60,334 nt of DNA, taken from positions 1-60,334 of the forward strand of contig MU619401.1 of assembly GCA_025201805.1 (NCBI GenBank), in the 5' to 3' direction. The position numbers and the translations under genes are program-made. Every line of letters starts with the position of its first letter. Within the stretch, counting starts at the first letter, position 1. The DNA comes from Parasitella parasitica NRRL 2501 (Eukaryota; Fungi; Mucoromycota). Below are positions 27,192 to 43,022 of the stretch, piece by piece. The notes beneath the pieces were generated by a model. That model had not been told where the DNA came from, made no database searches, and worked only from the letters and a program-made list of their open reading frames with translations.

Positions 27192-28193
27192 TTAGTTGCC
27201 AGTAGCGAGCTTGAGAGAGTGCATATTTTGCTTTTCAAGACCATCAGCATATTGGAAAGTATTGCTGTTTTCGTATTCAAACATATCAAGAGCAACGATA
27301 CAAGATTCTGCAACAACTTGTTCAGGGTCATTCTTATATTCATTCAAGATTTCAAAGACTTCAGGGCTGGCAACAGAACCAAGGGCTTCGGCAGCCTCGT
27401 GACGAACCATGTGAACTTCGCTCTTATTTCTAAGAGATTCACACAGAGGAGGAACAGAAACAGGGTTTTGCAATTGACCTAGAACATAACAGACTTCGTG
27501 ACGGAAAAGTGCTGAAGACGTATCCTTTAAACCTTCACAGAGTGCGAGGACAGCTTCGTCAGTACCAATCTCACGGAGCGCAAACATGGCTCGGTATCTC
27601 TTGAAAAGAGCAAGATTAGGATCAATCAATTCTTGCATGAGAACCTTGACATCCTTGGATTCCTTGGATGGAGGGGCAGGATCAACAGAAGAATAAACAC
27701 TATCGTGAATCTCCTTCTTGTTAGCAGGGTCATTGACGTAGTTAATTCTATCAATGGCAAGCTCACAAGTGTCAACAATGGCTTTATCCTGATCTTTGAT
27801 GTAGACATTAAGAATAGGGAGGAATTCAGCGAAACCAAGAGCACCCATAGCTTCAGCGGCTTCATGGCGGACCATGACATGTTGATTCTCATCCTTAAGA
27901 ACATTTTCAAGGATAGCATTACCATGACGGTTACCAGTTTGACCAATACAATAAGCGACTTCATGCTTTAAAAGATCGGAATCGTCAGTAAAAGCTGTAC
28001 GAATTACATCAGAAAACTTGGCCCATACACAAACAATGAGCTTACCTTTGGCAGCAATATCAATTGATTTATCGTCACCAATATTTTTCAAAGTGAACAG
28101 AGCACGGAAACGTTCAGCAAGTGAAAAATTTCCAGTAGTGTTGAGAAGGGCGTCTTCGAGATATTGATAGTTAATCCTTGATGTATCGAGCAT
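27192..28193 (-). CDS. LIA1: Deoxyhypusine hydroxylase; one 51-nt intron at 27995-28045
   Basis: ERFRALFTLK, four HE motifs (LKHEVAY, VRHEAAEA, FRHEVCY, VRHEAAEA), SVDPAPP and ESCIVALDM. Confidence 0.96.
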   Translation of the reverse strand: MLDTSRINYQYLEDALLNTTGNFSLAERFRALFTLKNIGDDKSIDIAAKGKLIVCVWAKFSDVIRTAFTDDSDLLKHEVAYCIGQTGNRHGNAILENVLKDENQHVMVRHEAAEAMGALGFAEFLPILNVYIKDQDKAIVDTCELAIDRINYVNDPANKKEIHDSVYSSVDPAPPSKESKDVKVLMQELIDPNLALFKRYRAMFALREIGTDEAVLALCEGLKDTSSALFRHEVCYVLGQLQNPVSVPPLCESLRNKSEVHMVRHEAAEALGSVASPEVFEILNEYKNDPEQVVAESCIVALDMFEYENSNTFQYADGLEKQNMHSLKLATGN

Positions 28194-28717
28194 AATTCGA
28201 AATGTGTGTAATTTGCAATGAAACCGAGTATTCTATAGACGATTCAAAACTAAACATGTATTTATACGAAAAAACTTTTTTTTTTTTTTTTTTTTGTCTT
28301 GATCTTTTGGGTTAAACCCACTATAAAAAAAAGTTTCAATAATCCATCGTATGATTATCTGATCTTTGTAAAAGCTGATTGGAACTTTAGCCCGAATGTA
28401 TATAGGAAAGAAAGTATTATTTATCAAGCAAAAAAATAGAGCTTAGTTGTCAAGAATTTATTAAAATCGGTTAAACTGATACGTATTTGATGTTTGCTCG
28501 TTTTTTATCATTCTAATATTTTATTTTATTTTATTTTTTTTTGTTTAACATTTGGAACAATAAAATAAAGGTTACGGTCAATCGATAACGGTTCGATCCA
28601 GAATGATTTTGAGGATTTTTAATTTTATTTTGAATAATTTTAAATCCAAAAGCACGTTTAACATTTAAAAGGCCTTTTTACTTTATATAACTGCAATAGT
28701 GGCAATAGAATGGCCAT

Positions 28718-30276
<1,559 letters not shown>

Positions 30277-31368
30277 TAGTATATTAAATGATTAAGCTTG
30301 GAAGTTTATACAAAGAAAAAAAAAAAGCACAGTGGATTACTTTACATTGGTTGGGTATTTTCTTTTCAATACGGCATAGGGAAAGCTGTAAAGCTTCCAT
30401 TCGTGGCTTATGTCGCTTCTCTTTATCTGGATTCAGCGTTCAAGCAGACGTCGTTTGCATTTGATCGTTAAGTTTGCGAAGCAACATCCTTTTCATATTG
30501 CCATCTAAGCAATGTAAGGCATTTTTCACTTCTTGTAGACTCACATGAAAAAGCCCAATGCGGACCCAACAAAGGATTTAAGGTTCTATCTGATCTCGGG
30601 AGCATGTCTTGTGCCTGTACAATCTAAAACTTTTCAACCATAGAATGGAACACAGATCAATAAACACAGATTACTGATGAGAAATTAGTGAATATAGTAG
30701 GACATTTAGTTGGTCAATGTTACGTTCGAATAAACTTCTGTAAATCTTGATCCGAGACTACCAAAAAAAAAAAATTTCAACGCAGTTGTTGTGCAACACG
30801 GATTTAAATAGAGCTCCTTAATTAATGCGTCTCTTGGGTCGCACAGTTTATGCCAAATCTTTGGGAAGAGATTTTGATTCGATGTAAAATAATATCCGAG
30901 ATACACTTGCACTGCTTATCCAAAGACATTGTAGACGGTTCGATATGGTGATAAGCACCTGGTAACAGTATTGGTAGCAGTTGTGGCGTAGAAATATTTG
31001 ATTCAAGGACGCGCAGTTTCTTTTGTCTATTGATTTCCTGATACACCTTATAAATGCAGTATTTGAAACCAAATCTAAATGGCATATTATTTTTGCACAG
31101 ACAACAATAAGTTAGCTAAGATTTACATTTAGAAGCTTGTAAGGTATGTTCAAAGGTTGTTCCTCCGTAATGCACATCTTTTTTAGATTGATACAAAGTG
31201 ATGACGATCACCTTTTTTTTTTTATTGAAATATTGGTGGTAAAACGAATTAAATCAATTGATGACAGATAAGTTAGATAGAAAAGGCAAAACAGTACGAT
31301 AGTAGATGATATGAAAAAAATGAAATGCAATTTGTACAGAGGAATTAGAATATAAATTGTTACTTTGG

Positions 31369-34300
31369 TTATTGTTTATCAGCAGGGTCTTCTTCTTTTG
31401 GCTCGAGTATCAAGCTTTTTGTATAAAACACTTGATCGTCTTGCTCAACAGTCTCCAAGGTCGTTTTCAAAAACCTTTGTATTTCCTCCACCTCGATCAG
31501 TTTGTATGAAATTTGAAATTGGTCAATTTCATTCAAGATGCGAGTGACTTTGATATACTTGTCAAAGTTGATGAGCGATTTGCCACCAGGCGACATGCGG
31601 CGATCTGCATTTCCATCGTCTATAAAAGTCATATCTGTCAAATATACACCCAGAAACGGCAAACAGGGTGCGATGGTTGTTTTCAAACGATGTCTGTACT
31701 CTGCAAAATTTCGCTGAGAGTCCGTAGCACGATAAATAGGCTCCCACATAGTCTTGTATTTGGGAGACATATATTCCCACGTCTTGCGCAATCTTATAAT
31801 GCTTGTCGAATCTAGAGCAGATCGAATAGCCATAAGCGTATTATAGTTGTTGAGCTGCAAACACGCCTAAACACAAGTTTATCAGTATTGTCACGCATAC
31901 ATCATCATGCTAGCAACTTACATCGCCAACTTTGATCCAGTACTTTAACATTTGAGCACGCTTTTTAGTATCTGTTTCGTTCAAAATAGTATCAGATACC
32001 CAGCTTGTGATCTGGGTGCTCTTTTGAATCATGGCTTTGATATGAATGGCCTGACTGGTGCCAAGCTTCTTTTTGAACTCTTGTCCTATCATCTCGTTAG
32101 GCCGGATGCAGCAAAACAAGCTGTTTTCCATGATGGTCAATTGGCGAGCAAGTTCAGTTGGATCAAAATCATTGACATGAATGCCAATCAAGCTGTTCAG
32201 GCTCAACGCTTTCTTCAAGGTGTTTCGGAATGACTTGCTCATTATCGAAGGAGGATACTTTTCTGTCAAAGAAGAATCGAGTTGGTGGTGATCATCAAAT
32301 AAGGTCAGGTTGGAGAATATGTTGCCAGTGCTGCTTCCTAGTGTTGACTGTTGCAAGGCAGTAGAGAGCGACTTTTGCATGTTGAGTCTGGTTTCATTGT
32401 AAGCGTGCTTCCGACTAGCACAGGTTAGGCCTTTTGATCCAAACTACACAAGTCTTATTAGCCTGTCATTCTTGTTCCATTGCCAGTTTAATCTTACCGT
32501 TCGTGTAATCAGTTCGAGCATGCGCTTAGCAGGGCCAGGCATGGCTTTACTCATTTCATTGGAAGCAAAATTCAAAAGTGATTGCTCCACAGACGCATCT
32601 TGTTCGAAACTAAAGTACGTTTCCAGCCAAGTTTTGATGACATTGTATACGCGTAATCGGACAGGTATTAAAACCCTGTTTGTCCATAGCGCCAATTGGT
32701 CATCTGGTAAAGGCGCAGGCTCAGTTGGTGGCTTCAATGCGAATCGATCTTTGAGCAATCTAACGAAATCGGCAGGTTTCGTGAACAATCGAAAATTGTA
32801 GAAGAAGGCTCGAGTGAAAATCAAATCTAGTTGCAATTGTTTGTTTAGTATTGGTGAGCAAAGTGTGGCTGTTCAAAGCGCTTGTTTGTTTTTTACCTGG
32901 AGATTTTTCATGTAGGGTCAGTTTCTGAACTAGTGCTTCGATAGTGGCGCCTGTAACCTCTCTATCGGCATTAAAAATCATCTCATCTTCTGTAAATGTG
33001 TATTGCTTTAAAAAGCTATATTCGGGCTCATACTACAAGTCAAGTTAGGGAGGGGGGCCTTTTTTTTTTTTGGCAGAACAAGATTATGTATGTACCTTTG
33101 TTATATGCAGTGGTGAGGACGGCGTACTGTCAATGCTGGTTACAGAAGTCTGCTCATTCTTCTCTGTTGTGCTGCTGCTGAGTGACATCCAAGAGGGCAG
33201 TCTCTTGATCTTTAATGCTTCGGGAAGACTTTCCAGCGAGGACGATGTCGATAGGGTAGTTGTCGTATTAGTTATGCGATCCGATTTGGACTTGCTCATA
33301 GAAGGCCGCAATGAGGAGACACTTAGACCACGAGAACGTCGGGATTTTAGTATGTGATCCTTTGGAGCTCCTTTTATCGGTACATCCTGCTGTGGTGGCA
33401 ATGCTGTCGAGGTTATTGTTGTATTGACAGTAGGAGGAAGTGTAGAGACAGATGGTTTGATGATAATGTTATTTTTAGGTGGTAATGGTGGCAAAGGGAG
33501 GAATTGAGAATTATTCACAGATGCAGCCCTTGGTCTCAGTCTACTGCGTCTTTGCGGGATAGTTTCAGGGATAATAGTATCTACAGCACTTGCCAGGTCT
33601 AGCATATTATTCGTGGTGGCGTTAGTTGAGGAGGAAGAAGCAGAGCTTGATGTGGATAACAATGGAGGCAGCGATGAATTCTTGTTGAAGCTAAGCGGTT
33701 GAGCACGCACGTCTTGTCCATTGCGCAAGCTTTTGGGCGCACTGTTCTCTGTGTTTGTACTGATTTTGGGTGCGGTTTCTATAGCAAGACCCTCGATGTC
33801 TTGTTCGCTATGTCCCTCGTCTCCTAATTTCTCGCATAGCTCGGCTTCTTGGTTTTGATCTTCTTTGTAATGCTGAATTGCATGCAAGCTACTGATTTTT
33901 CGACCGAGCATGCTTAGACTGCTGCTCTTGTCTGCTGCCGCCACTGATGCTGTTACTGGTAGTTCAGTTGCTGCTGATGCAGTGTCAGGCTTTATGTTTT
34001 CCTGCACGGTGTACATGTTTTTGTCATGTTCTTCTTGTTCAGCTTGCAAGCAAGTTCTTACACATGCGGCGCATTCGTTTGCTGTTTTCACTACATCTTC
34101 GCAGCATGAGCGGAGATGGTTGATATCATCTTTCAGGATGCTGTCGTCTTCCAGACATTGCTTGGAAGGACCCGATAGCGCTCTTACCGCTGTCACCAGG
34201 TTGGTAATAGCGCTGTAGACTGATTCTTTTGTGATCACAAGCGAAACAAGGCAAGGATCTTCTGGAATGGTCGAAACACATCCACTGTAATCTAGATCAC

Positions 34301-35625
34301 CCAAGTTGGAGCAAACATGCTCGATCACAGCTAAAAATGTTCTGACGGCTTCCACTGATTTACGAGTAGTCTCGAGCAATTCAGTGGCACTTTGTCTATT
34401 TACAAGGTATCTTTCGAGGGTTATGACCAAGCTTGCCATTAGCTCGTCTATGCTTGCTTGGTGGTCCAAGATGTTGTGCAATATGTGTTCTTTGTCGGGT
34501 AGAGGCACAGCCTTTGCAATCAAGGAGGCGCTGCTCTGGTTTAAGAATGAATGGCTGTAGGACTGGCGCAGTGAGGGTGTATTGGAAGCTGTGGAGATGA
34601 CGGAGGAGCGGCCGAATGAGGACACGGACGAGCGTGGTGTATCGCAATGAAACATGGACGACGGTCTAGTTGTGTCGACAGTGCTTTCGGATATCGATGA
34701 CTGACGTGGTATCACCATCAGTAGCTTTTCAAACATTTCTATTTCGTTTAGCAGCTGATCTGCAAAATATGAAGTTTGGTCGTCTTCAGTTTGCTGCTCT
34801 TTTGCTGGCTGCTGCTGAGGGCCTTGCTGCAGTTCTTTTCCTTTCAAAACCAAGCGGCTAAGCGCACTCAGCACAAGTTTTCTTTGTCTTGCCAATTCTG
34901 GATACATTTTTAGCAATGCGCTTTCTTTATTTACAATATTGGCTTCGGTAAGTACGGATTTAACGGCGGCGACGACTTGACATACAATCAATTGCACATT
35001 GGACGAGGCGGGCTGACTACAAGCATCCACTAGCTCGGCAACTCTTTTTGATACGTCCTGCAAAAGCAGATGCAGCTGCGATGATTTGCTGCTGTTGGAA
35101 TGTCGTCTGTCTTCTCTAAATAGCGCTCTCGCCATTTCGACTCGATGCTGGGTCGTTGAAACCTAAACTAGGACTTAATACAAACATCAACAAAAAAAAA
35201 TAGTAAATATCTACCTTTGTGCTGTATTCTTCAAGTGACATGGTTGATGTGATGTTAACATGCTGATTCATTCTTTGATGCCATAGGTCTAGTTCGTCGT
35301 TCGAGTAGTCGTCTTCAAAGTCGGCGCTGGATCGCTTTAAATCGCCAATTCGGCCAACATAGTTGCTGGGAAACCAGCCTCGCACATCGCCACATTGGCC
35401 ATCCCACCATCCAGAGTCGTCCCTGTTAAACACTTCGATGATGGACCCCTTTTTGAAAAATAGGCAGCAGACGGATTCGTCTGTGTTGTTTACAGTAGAT
35501 GGCAGATAGTCATGCAGCGCTTGGACAAAATGCGACGTTAATGTTGAGGGAGACGTTGGCGGCGACAGTGAGGTTGGGGACGATGAAGCTGCTGAGTTGT
35601 GATGCTGATTTATAGATAATGTCAT
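31369..35625 (-). CDS. Ras guanine-nucleotide exchange factor, Cdc25-like (SH3, REM, CDC25 domains), multi-exon
   Basis: SH3 ALHDY..GWWDG..GWFPSNYV; REM GATIEALVQKLT, RLRVYNVIKTW; catalytic ELARQLT, LNNYNTLMAI, PCLPFLGVYLTD, LINFDK. Confidence 0.93.
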
Positions 35626-36139
35626 GGTGTTCTTTTTACTCTCAAGTAACTTTCATCAATAACGCGTGTGGTGTTATTGATGGTGGCAATTTTTAGAAAT
35701 AAAAGGAGAACAAGAAGAACAAGAACAAAAAGAAAAAGGAGTGAAACTTGAATAAGATTATATATATATATTGTGGTATATATATATTTAGAAAGGAGCA
35801 AAGTGTGTAACATGTGCACCCACTTAAACTACTCTTACACCTGTCATTTATATTGCTCTTGTACACTCCTTTTTTTTTTTTTCATCATCATAGAAAAATT
35901 GATTGTCCACTAAATACACGAACAAGTTGCAATGGTCCACAACCAAAGCGTACCTCCAGCACACAAGCAGCGGCTGGATATGTGGCTAATGCGTCATTGA
36001 GTGTTTTTGTGTATTCGGTGATGACTACATTATATCATTTTAAGTTTGAAATGATCCTCGGTACCAACAGCCAACCAATACATGTTAATTTTCAGATACA
36101 CTTCACTCAAGCTTGTGGTAACTAGATTTTTTGACTGTG

Positions 36140-36300
36140 TGCTCGTTTGTTTCATGTTTCACGACTTCCAAATCTGTTATTGCGACTGTATTGTCACCTT
36201 GTGTATCCCATGAAACATCGCGTGTATGACAGGATGCATAAACATTTAATACATTTGTATAACTTGCTGCTACATAACAAAAATACAAACACTGGAAGTC
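36140..36300 (-). pseudogene. Degenerate duplicated fragment of the chitin synthase C-terminal coding region
   Basis: [37 protein letters not shown] aligns with [36 protein letters not shown] at ~38765-38875. Confidence 0.85.
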
Positions 36301-38383
36301 TACCGAATACAGGGACATGAAATACAATAAAATACATTGCTATTTCTTCACCCCATTCGGAATTACTGCAGTTTTCTTACTTTTGCAATTCAGAGACTTT
36401 TGTCAGCTCAACCATGGCAACAAGCGGACATATATATCCGTAAAAAGGTTTGAATTTGCCACTTGATGTCAAAGAAGTCTGAACAATTTAGGAGGTCAGC
36501 TCATTCCTAATTCAAAGTATCTGTTTTCTCGGCTCGCAAAATTATAACTAAACCGTATTTATCTAAAATAAGGGGGTGATTACTGAATGTGGACATTTAA
36601 AAACTGCAGCATGCTCATTGTTATCTATACTTTTATATATAGAATCTTTTTACCGAGTACGTTTATATAGTTTTGCGTGTAAAAGGTATAAAATCAGCCC
36701 ATTTTTCATATTACGACTTGGTAACTTGATCAAAAAGAAGAGCTCCGAATTATAAACCGTCGATGTTAATGTATTCTCCAGATATTTCAATAGCGAAATA
36801 TAGCATTTTCTTCATGATTGTGTTGGTCGACAAAAGTTCAAATATTATGCAAGCTTCTTTTTTTTTTTTTTTAAAAAAAAAAAATATCAAGACGAAAATA
36901 TGCATTTTTTCAGTTATATCATAACGCATATTGTTTTCGTCAATAGACTTTAAAGATATCAACAGAAATATTCTTTATTTGGGCACGTTGAACGTGGTTG
37001 CTGTTGGTGGATATAAGAGTACATGCGAGTGACCAGAGGAACAAAGCAACTACTGTTGTTTAACTATGATATGAAGCAACTAAATATACTAAAAACAGGT
37101 GCTGTAGTATACGATACGACGATTTTAAACATTGATGCGTACATTGTATTCAATGATTTCATAAGGTAAAACAATATACAAAAGTCTATATGTCATAATG
37201 CGAGTTTAAGCATTCAATTCGAGATTCTACGAGTATGCATGCACATAGTCTCAAGTCGAACTTTTACCACTCTTCTCACAGAGTGATTAGTATGCGAATC
37301 TCAAATCGTGAAGGTTACGCGGTCAATAGTATGATAAATGAAGATTTTATGGGAAGTTTGAAACCATCATATCAAACGATACAAGAGTTAATCGCGCATA
37401 CTTCTGAAAAGATNNNNNNNNNNNNNNNNNNNNNNNNNNNNNNTATTTATACTCGTTTACAATAGACAAAGCCTAGTATGATATAGTTCACAGGATGGTA
37501 AGCGATACCTATCACATTGCTAATAGGACGAGATATAGTATTAATATAACTTCTTCATTCTTTAGTCTTGTAGTTAAAGTAACCCTTAGATTCCCACCGC
37601 TCTAACTTTTGTACTTTGTGTCAGTTGTTATGTCAAGCCATTTATATCCCTTCTTCTAATATGCCCAAATCTCACTATTAGCACGCATTCGGGCCTACAG
37701 TGCACCCATAATTTACACCAAAAATTACGCTGTACTATACTCACTATAACATCATAGCACACGCTAAAAGATTTGGTTTCCATTACTCGAATTTTTTTTG
37801 CTTCGTTCAGGCATTGAAAACCTTGAAGTCGAAAGAAATTTTGGTGACATTTTGAAATCGTCCACAAATCCTTCGCGTACCTCTCAACCAAAATTGAATT
37901 TTTTTTTGATTATTCCAACTTCTATTTTCAAATTTAAGCATATAGAATCTTGAAATTAAGTTTTTCTCTTTTTTTTTTTACGGTTTCATCGATTGGATTA
38001 AGCCATGTTACAAACCACGCAGTATCAATGGCAATGTATGCTGTAAATATAAATTGCCAAGCTGTATAGGGTTACCAGTTTTTATAATGATATTAATGAT
38101 ATCAGCCATGAATAGCTAGTAACAATGCCAGGCTACATATTAGTCTAACGCATCAAAGCATAAATCTGATTCCTCTTATAACTGGATTGAATTGATCTGC
38201 TTGAATGCTGCTAAAGTGTTTTCTTATTTATCGATGAATTTCAAAGGCATTGTAGGTTGTTTCATAATCGGCATAATAAAATCAAGATGCCAAGATGCTC
38301 ATTAAACTCAAGTCTGCATAAAAGCTTTCCCAAATAATATGTATTATGTATATTATGTATATTATGCAAAGATATGGTGATAT

Positions 38384-41201
38384 CTATCCGCCAAAAACAC
38401 GAAGAATTAGGTACAGAGTAGATCCAACAAAACGAATGGCTGCCAAGCCTGCAACAGACCAGAGCACAAAGCCAAGATAAGCAGCGCTTCTAGCTTGATA
38501 TGTGCCTAACGCGTCGTTAAATGTCGTTGTGTTTGTGATGATGACGACTAGAATCAAATTTGAAATGATCCACGAAATAACCAGACGTGTGCGAAAAGCT
38601 CTGTAGTAGTCCTCTTGCTTTGTCTTGGGATCTCTGTGTTGCTTTTCGGGAATAAACTCTTTGCGAAGATCCATACACGCTTCTTCGTATATTTCGTTCA
38701 AGTCCTTTTGTTCGGTCGGCAGCTCGACTTCGACCAAGTGCTCGCCTGTTTCTGAATCCTTTTTGTGCTTTACAACACCCAAGTCTGTTGCAACTGTATT
38801 ATCACCTTTTGTACCCCACGAAACATCGTGTGTATTACAGAAAGCGTAGACATTCAGTACATTTGTATAGCTTGGTGCCAAGAATATGTATTGCAAGAAG
38901 CTGGTAAACATGTGCCAGGGGTCCAGAAACAGCGCACTTGATACCAAGTACAGGACATAGGTCGAGCATAGTGAAATAATGATATTTCTAAACGTAGTTT
39001 CGCCGAGCATGACAGCTATAGAATTCCCTCCGTCTTCTGCAATGGCTTGGATACCAACGACCGTGATCCAGATAGTAGCAAACATCATGTAAACCATCAG
39101 CAACGCAAAGAATCCCATGCAGAATGTATACGCTATCCTCGATCCTTGAGGTCGATTACCCAGAGCCATGATAAACTGAATAATGAGCAACATGACGTAG
39201 ATATAGTTGAGCACGGTGTGTACAATGTTGGCAATATTTGCAGAAAAGGGCTTTGGATCCAAACCATCCGATGCTAGTGCGTTTGTCAGAATGAAGAAGG
39301 TCAAGTAAAAGTTTCCCAAGGCAAACCACGAAAACAGCATGTTGTAGGCTGTGTATAGGTTCTCGAAAATAAAGGCCAGTTTACGGAATATGGAGTGATC
39401 TGATCCCCACACTTTTCTCCAGTGCCAGAGTGAATAGACGCCAGCAAAGAAGGATCCATTCAGCCAACGTCTGCGCTGAGAAATAAATTCATCCACTTTG
39501 TCAGGCACATCAGTTTCACCGTACGCGCTGGATACATAATGAAGCACCCAGCGTGCGTCCTTTTTAGCCACCAACTCATAGCATAAAATACGGTCTTCAG
39601 CCAGATACATGTTGGCTGTAAAGATGTCTGCATCACCACCGTGCTGCGTTTCTCCTAAAAAGTACTTTTCCAGCGGACCGTGGCCATCGACATCATTTTG
39701 CAACGCTTTGAAACGGTAAGCGGAAAAAGCACCTGGCAGGACTGAAATATAGCCAAACACCGACTCGAGTGGTTTGTCCAGGATGTTTGACATTTTGTAC
39801 TCGAAATTCTGTGCAGCCACCAAGGGGTTCAGCAAGGCAGAGCCAAACTTGCCTGTCATGGTTCTGATCTCGCCACAAGCGCCAGCGATATTGGAGTGAA
39901 TGTCAAATGATTTCCACAAGTGATAGATTGAAGTGTCGCCAGGGCGAGTGCCCACATCGATTAGCACACAGACGTGTGGCCGAATCAACGGCCCAAACGC
40001 TTGGAAGAACCACCGATGAGAGTTGATCTTTTTCTGGTTCTTTTCCTTCAGACAAAACAATATTTGGCATGGCACAATCCCTTTGCTTGCGTTCTTGAAC
40101 TTCATCTTTGGGTCGACCGATAGCTGGGTCGTATACTATATTACCCAAAGTATATTAGATTTGGTAGAAATGCCACTTCCATGTGTGTATATATATATAT
40201 GTGTGTTTGTTTGTGTACTCTACCTCATAAATATGTGCTGTAACTGGTTTGTCGCCAACTATATTCTTGGCTACACCGTCCTGATACACGCCCAATGCTG
40301 CCAGCAACGATAGTGTCCGTTGGTTGATCTTGCTACGGCCATCCGAAACGATACATACGGTTACTTTTTTCCAGCCGTCAGGACCCCAGGTGCGTGATCT
40401 GTCCCTTGTGCAAAGATGGGCAATGTTCTTCATGACGCCATGCATGGTTCTAGCAAACAACACTTCATCTTCCTATTGTAATGTTAGGGGGGGGGTGATA
40501 TCCATATACAGGTCCCAGAAAATCCTTACGTTGTACATGGTCAGCACAATAAACAACTCTGTTTCTCTTCCAAGCAATTGTTGACGTAGTGTGTAACCTT
40601 CGCCGGCAAAATCCTTGGGATCACCTGTGGCAGCTGCATGCCTCGAATGCTTAGTGTCTGCCGTGGCGTATTATTTGGTATCTTACCTGTGTATCTCATG
40701 TGGGTGAATTCTTTCGAGTCCTTGAGAGGCACTGCTTGTAGATATCGGGTAGGAACAGGACAATCCAGCACCAAATTACCCCGTGTTAATTTAACCCTTT
40801 TCGCTGATAAAAACGGTGAATACGAGCTTCAGTTTCAAACACCATACAGAATATCACTTACTAGTCTTGTAACGGCGGGGCTGACGTCTTGGAGCACCAG
40901 TAAAGTAGAATGAAGGTGTTTCGTTCTCAGGAGGAAAAGGAGATGTGTCGGGATAGCGTTTCTCTGAGAATGGCTGAGGCATCGGTGGTGGGTGGTTGAG
41001 TAGAGGTTGGTTGCTGGGCATGGGCGGTTCATGTTGTTCTACCGAATAGCTCTGATCAATGGCGGCAGAAAATGGATCTGCAAATGGCGACTGCATGACA
41101 GGCCTTTGTTCCACAAAGCTTGTGTCATTCAATGGGTATTGTTCATATTCATCATCTCTTGTGTGAGACGGGATAGGAGGAGGGCCTGATGGACGGTACA
41201 T
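38384..41201 (-). CDS. Chitin synthase, division 1 (class I/II type, GT2), multi-exon
   Basis: [47 protein letters not shown] and DVSWGTKG, plus C-terminal TM helices. Confidence 0.97.
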
Positions 41202-41389
41202 TTATGAGGAAAAAGGAAGATGGAAAGAGGCGTCTATAATGATTGTTGCCGTTTTATACAAATAGAGGTCTCCGCTTGGAATACTCAAATAGTTCCAAGA
41301 CATGATCAATAAGCATGAGTTGCCAAGAAATAGTCTATGTCTATCTAATACTTTTATTTTATATTGGTATATTTTTTTTTCTCCTTCTA

Positions 41390-43022
41390 TCAAGCAACCT
41401 GAGGTGTAGTGGCTTGACTTTGAATGTCACGGATTTTATCATCAATGGCTTCTGCGTCGAGTTGTTCTCCTTGGTTCTTTCTAATGTCATGAGCCTGTAG
41501 TGGGATGAAATAGAGCGTTACTATATTTAGTTTTAAACACACACCTTTTTTTATATCTCTTTTTCGTTACCTGGAACATGGCTACAATAAACTCGCCAAG
41601 TGGCTTGACCATCCATCTCGTTGGATATTTAATATGCTCAAACCAGCCAAGATGACCTCCATAATCTGTGGTTGCAAGGACCACATGCGGGTTCGTTTTG
41701 ATTTCGTCATAAGGAATACACTCGGCTGCTGCAATCGGATCATCCAATGCATTCAAGCATAGCAACGGCACCTTGACATGCTCAATGAACCGACACGAAC
41801 TTGCGTCTCTGTAATAGTTATTCACTGTGGTGTAGTCAAACATCTTTCTAGTACAAGCGTCATCAAACTCCCGTATCGTTTTTGCTGCCATGACTTCCTC
41901 AGGTATAATCTTGCCGCCTTTGGCCAATGTATCCAAATGTCTGGTAGTGGAATGTTTAGATTTCCATCCAGCTTGCCTTGTAGGCCAATGAGGTATCTTT
42001 TTCTTTACTCACCTGCCAAATGCATTTTTCAGGTTATTAGCCATGGTGGCTGAATAGACCTTTCTCCCAATGTACGATTCGTTCAAACGATCCATTGACC
42101 TAAAAGTGCCGGGCTCAATGTCTCTCTCTCTCTTTTTGGGGCTCTAACGTCACTTACATTCTAAAGTCAAAAGGATTAGCGACCGAGACGGCAGCCTTGA
42201 GGGGTGTCTTTTCCCTTTCCTCGCCAAGATACTACAAAAACCAGCATTACCACAATGATTTAGAAAGTGCATCGCACATTGCAAATATACCTTGACCAAG
42301 ATGTTTGATCCTAATGAAAACCCAATGCCAACTAAAGGCGTATTGGGCGCAAGTCTCTTCTGGATGTGAGCTAGGACTACTCTTAAATCATCCGTATATC
42401 CTCCACTGTACATCTGAGGGGTCTTGATTTCTGAATTGGCGCAACCACGGCAATTCATGACAACAGCGCGATAATTGAAAGGCGGATACGTAAGCTAGCA
42501 AGAACGTTAATCAACTACCCTCTTTTCTTTGGCAGACACTTCTTACCACTTCCAACAAACAGCGAATGTAAGATTCGTGGCTTCCGCCTGTCAGACCGTG
42601 AAGCACCACCAGCGTAGGCGTTTCGTCGTCCTCCAAACCCTCTTTGCTGGGTGCCCAATCGAGCGCAACACATCCGCCATCCGGAGTATCTACAAATTCT
42701 CTGTCTTTTGTGTTGAGCGTCTGCTAGTTGTATATGCCGCAAAAGCACTTTGTTACCTTTCGTAATGGACTGCATTTACAGTGGGTGAATGAGTGTAGTA
42801 GGCGGCATATCCGGTTTGCAGATGGCCGTTGAACAGATACGATGTCGGGTTATACACAGCTTTGGGTCCTACCAAAGACGGGCAGAATTCAGCGACGTAT
42901 TCGGTCAGGGATATAGTGCGATTGCCTGCGTTTTTCAAGGTGATTTTAACAGGGTCTGCGTTGTGGAATAGCTTTACTCGAGACATGATTGAACGAACAG
43001 TGGAAAAAAGTTTGCCTGTCAT
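41390..43022 (-). CDS. Alpha/beta hydrolase, ABHD1-3/Eht1/YheT family, multi-exon
   Basis: NGHLQT, HGLTGGSHESY, MNCRGC, nucleophile GFSLG, LNALDDP and GGHLGWF. Confidence 0.9.
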
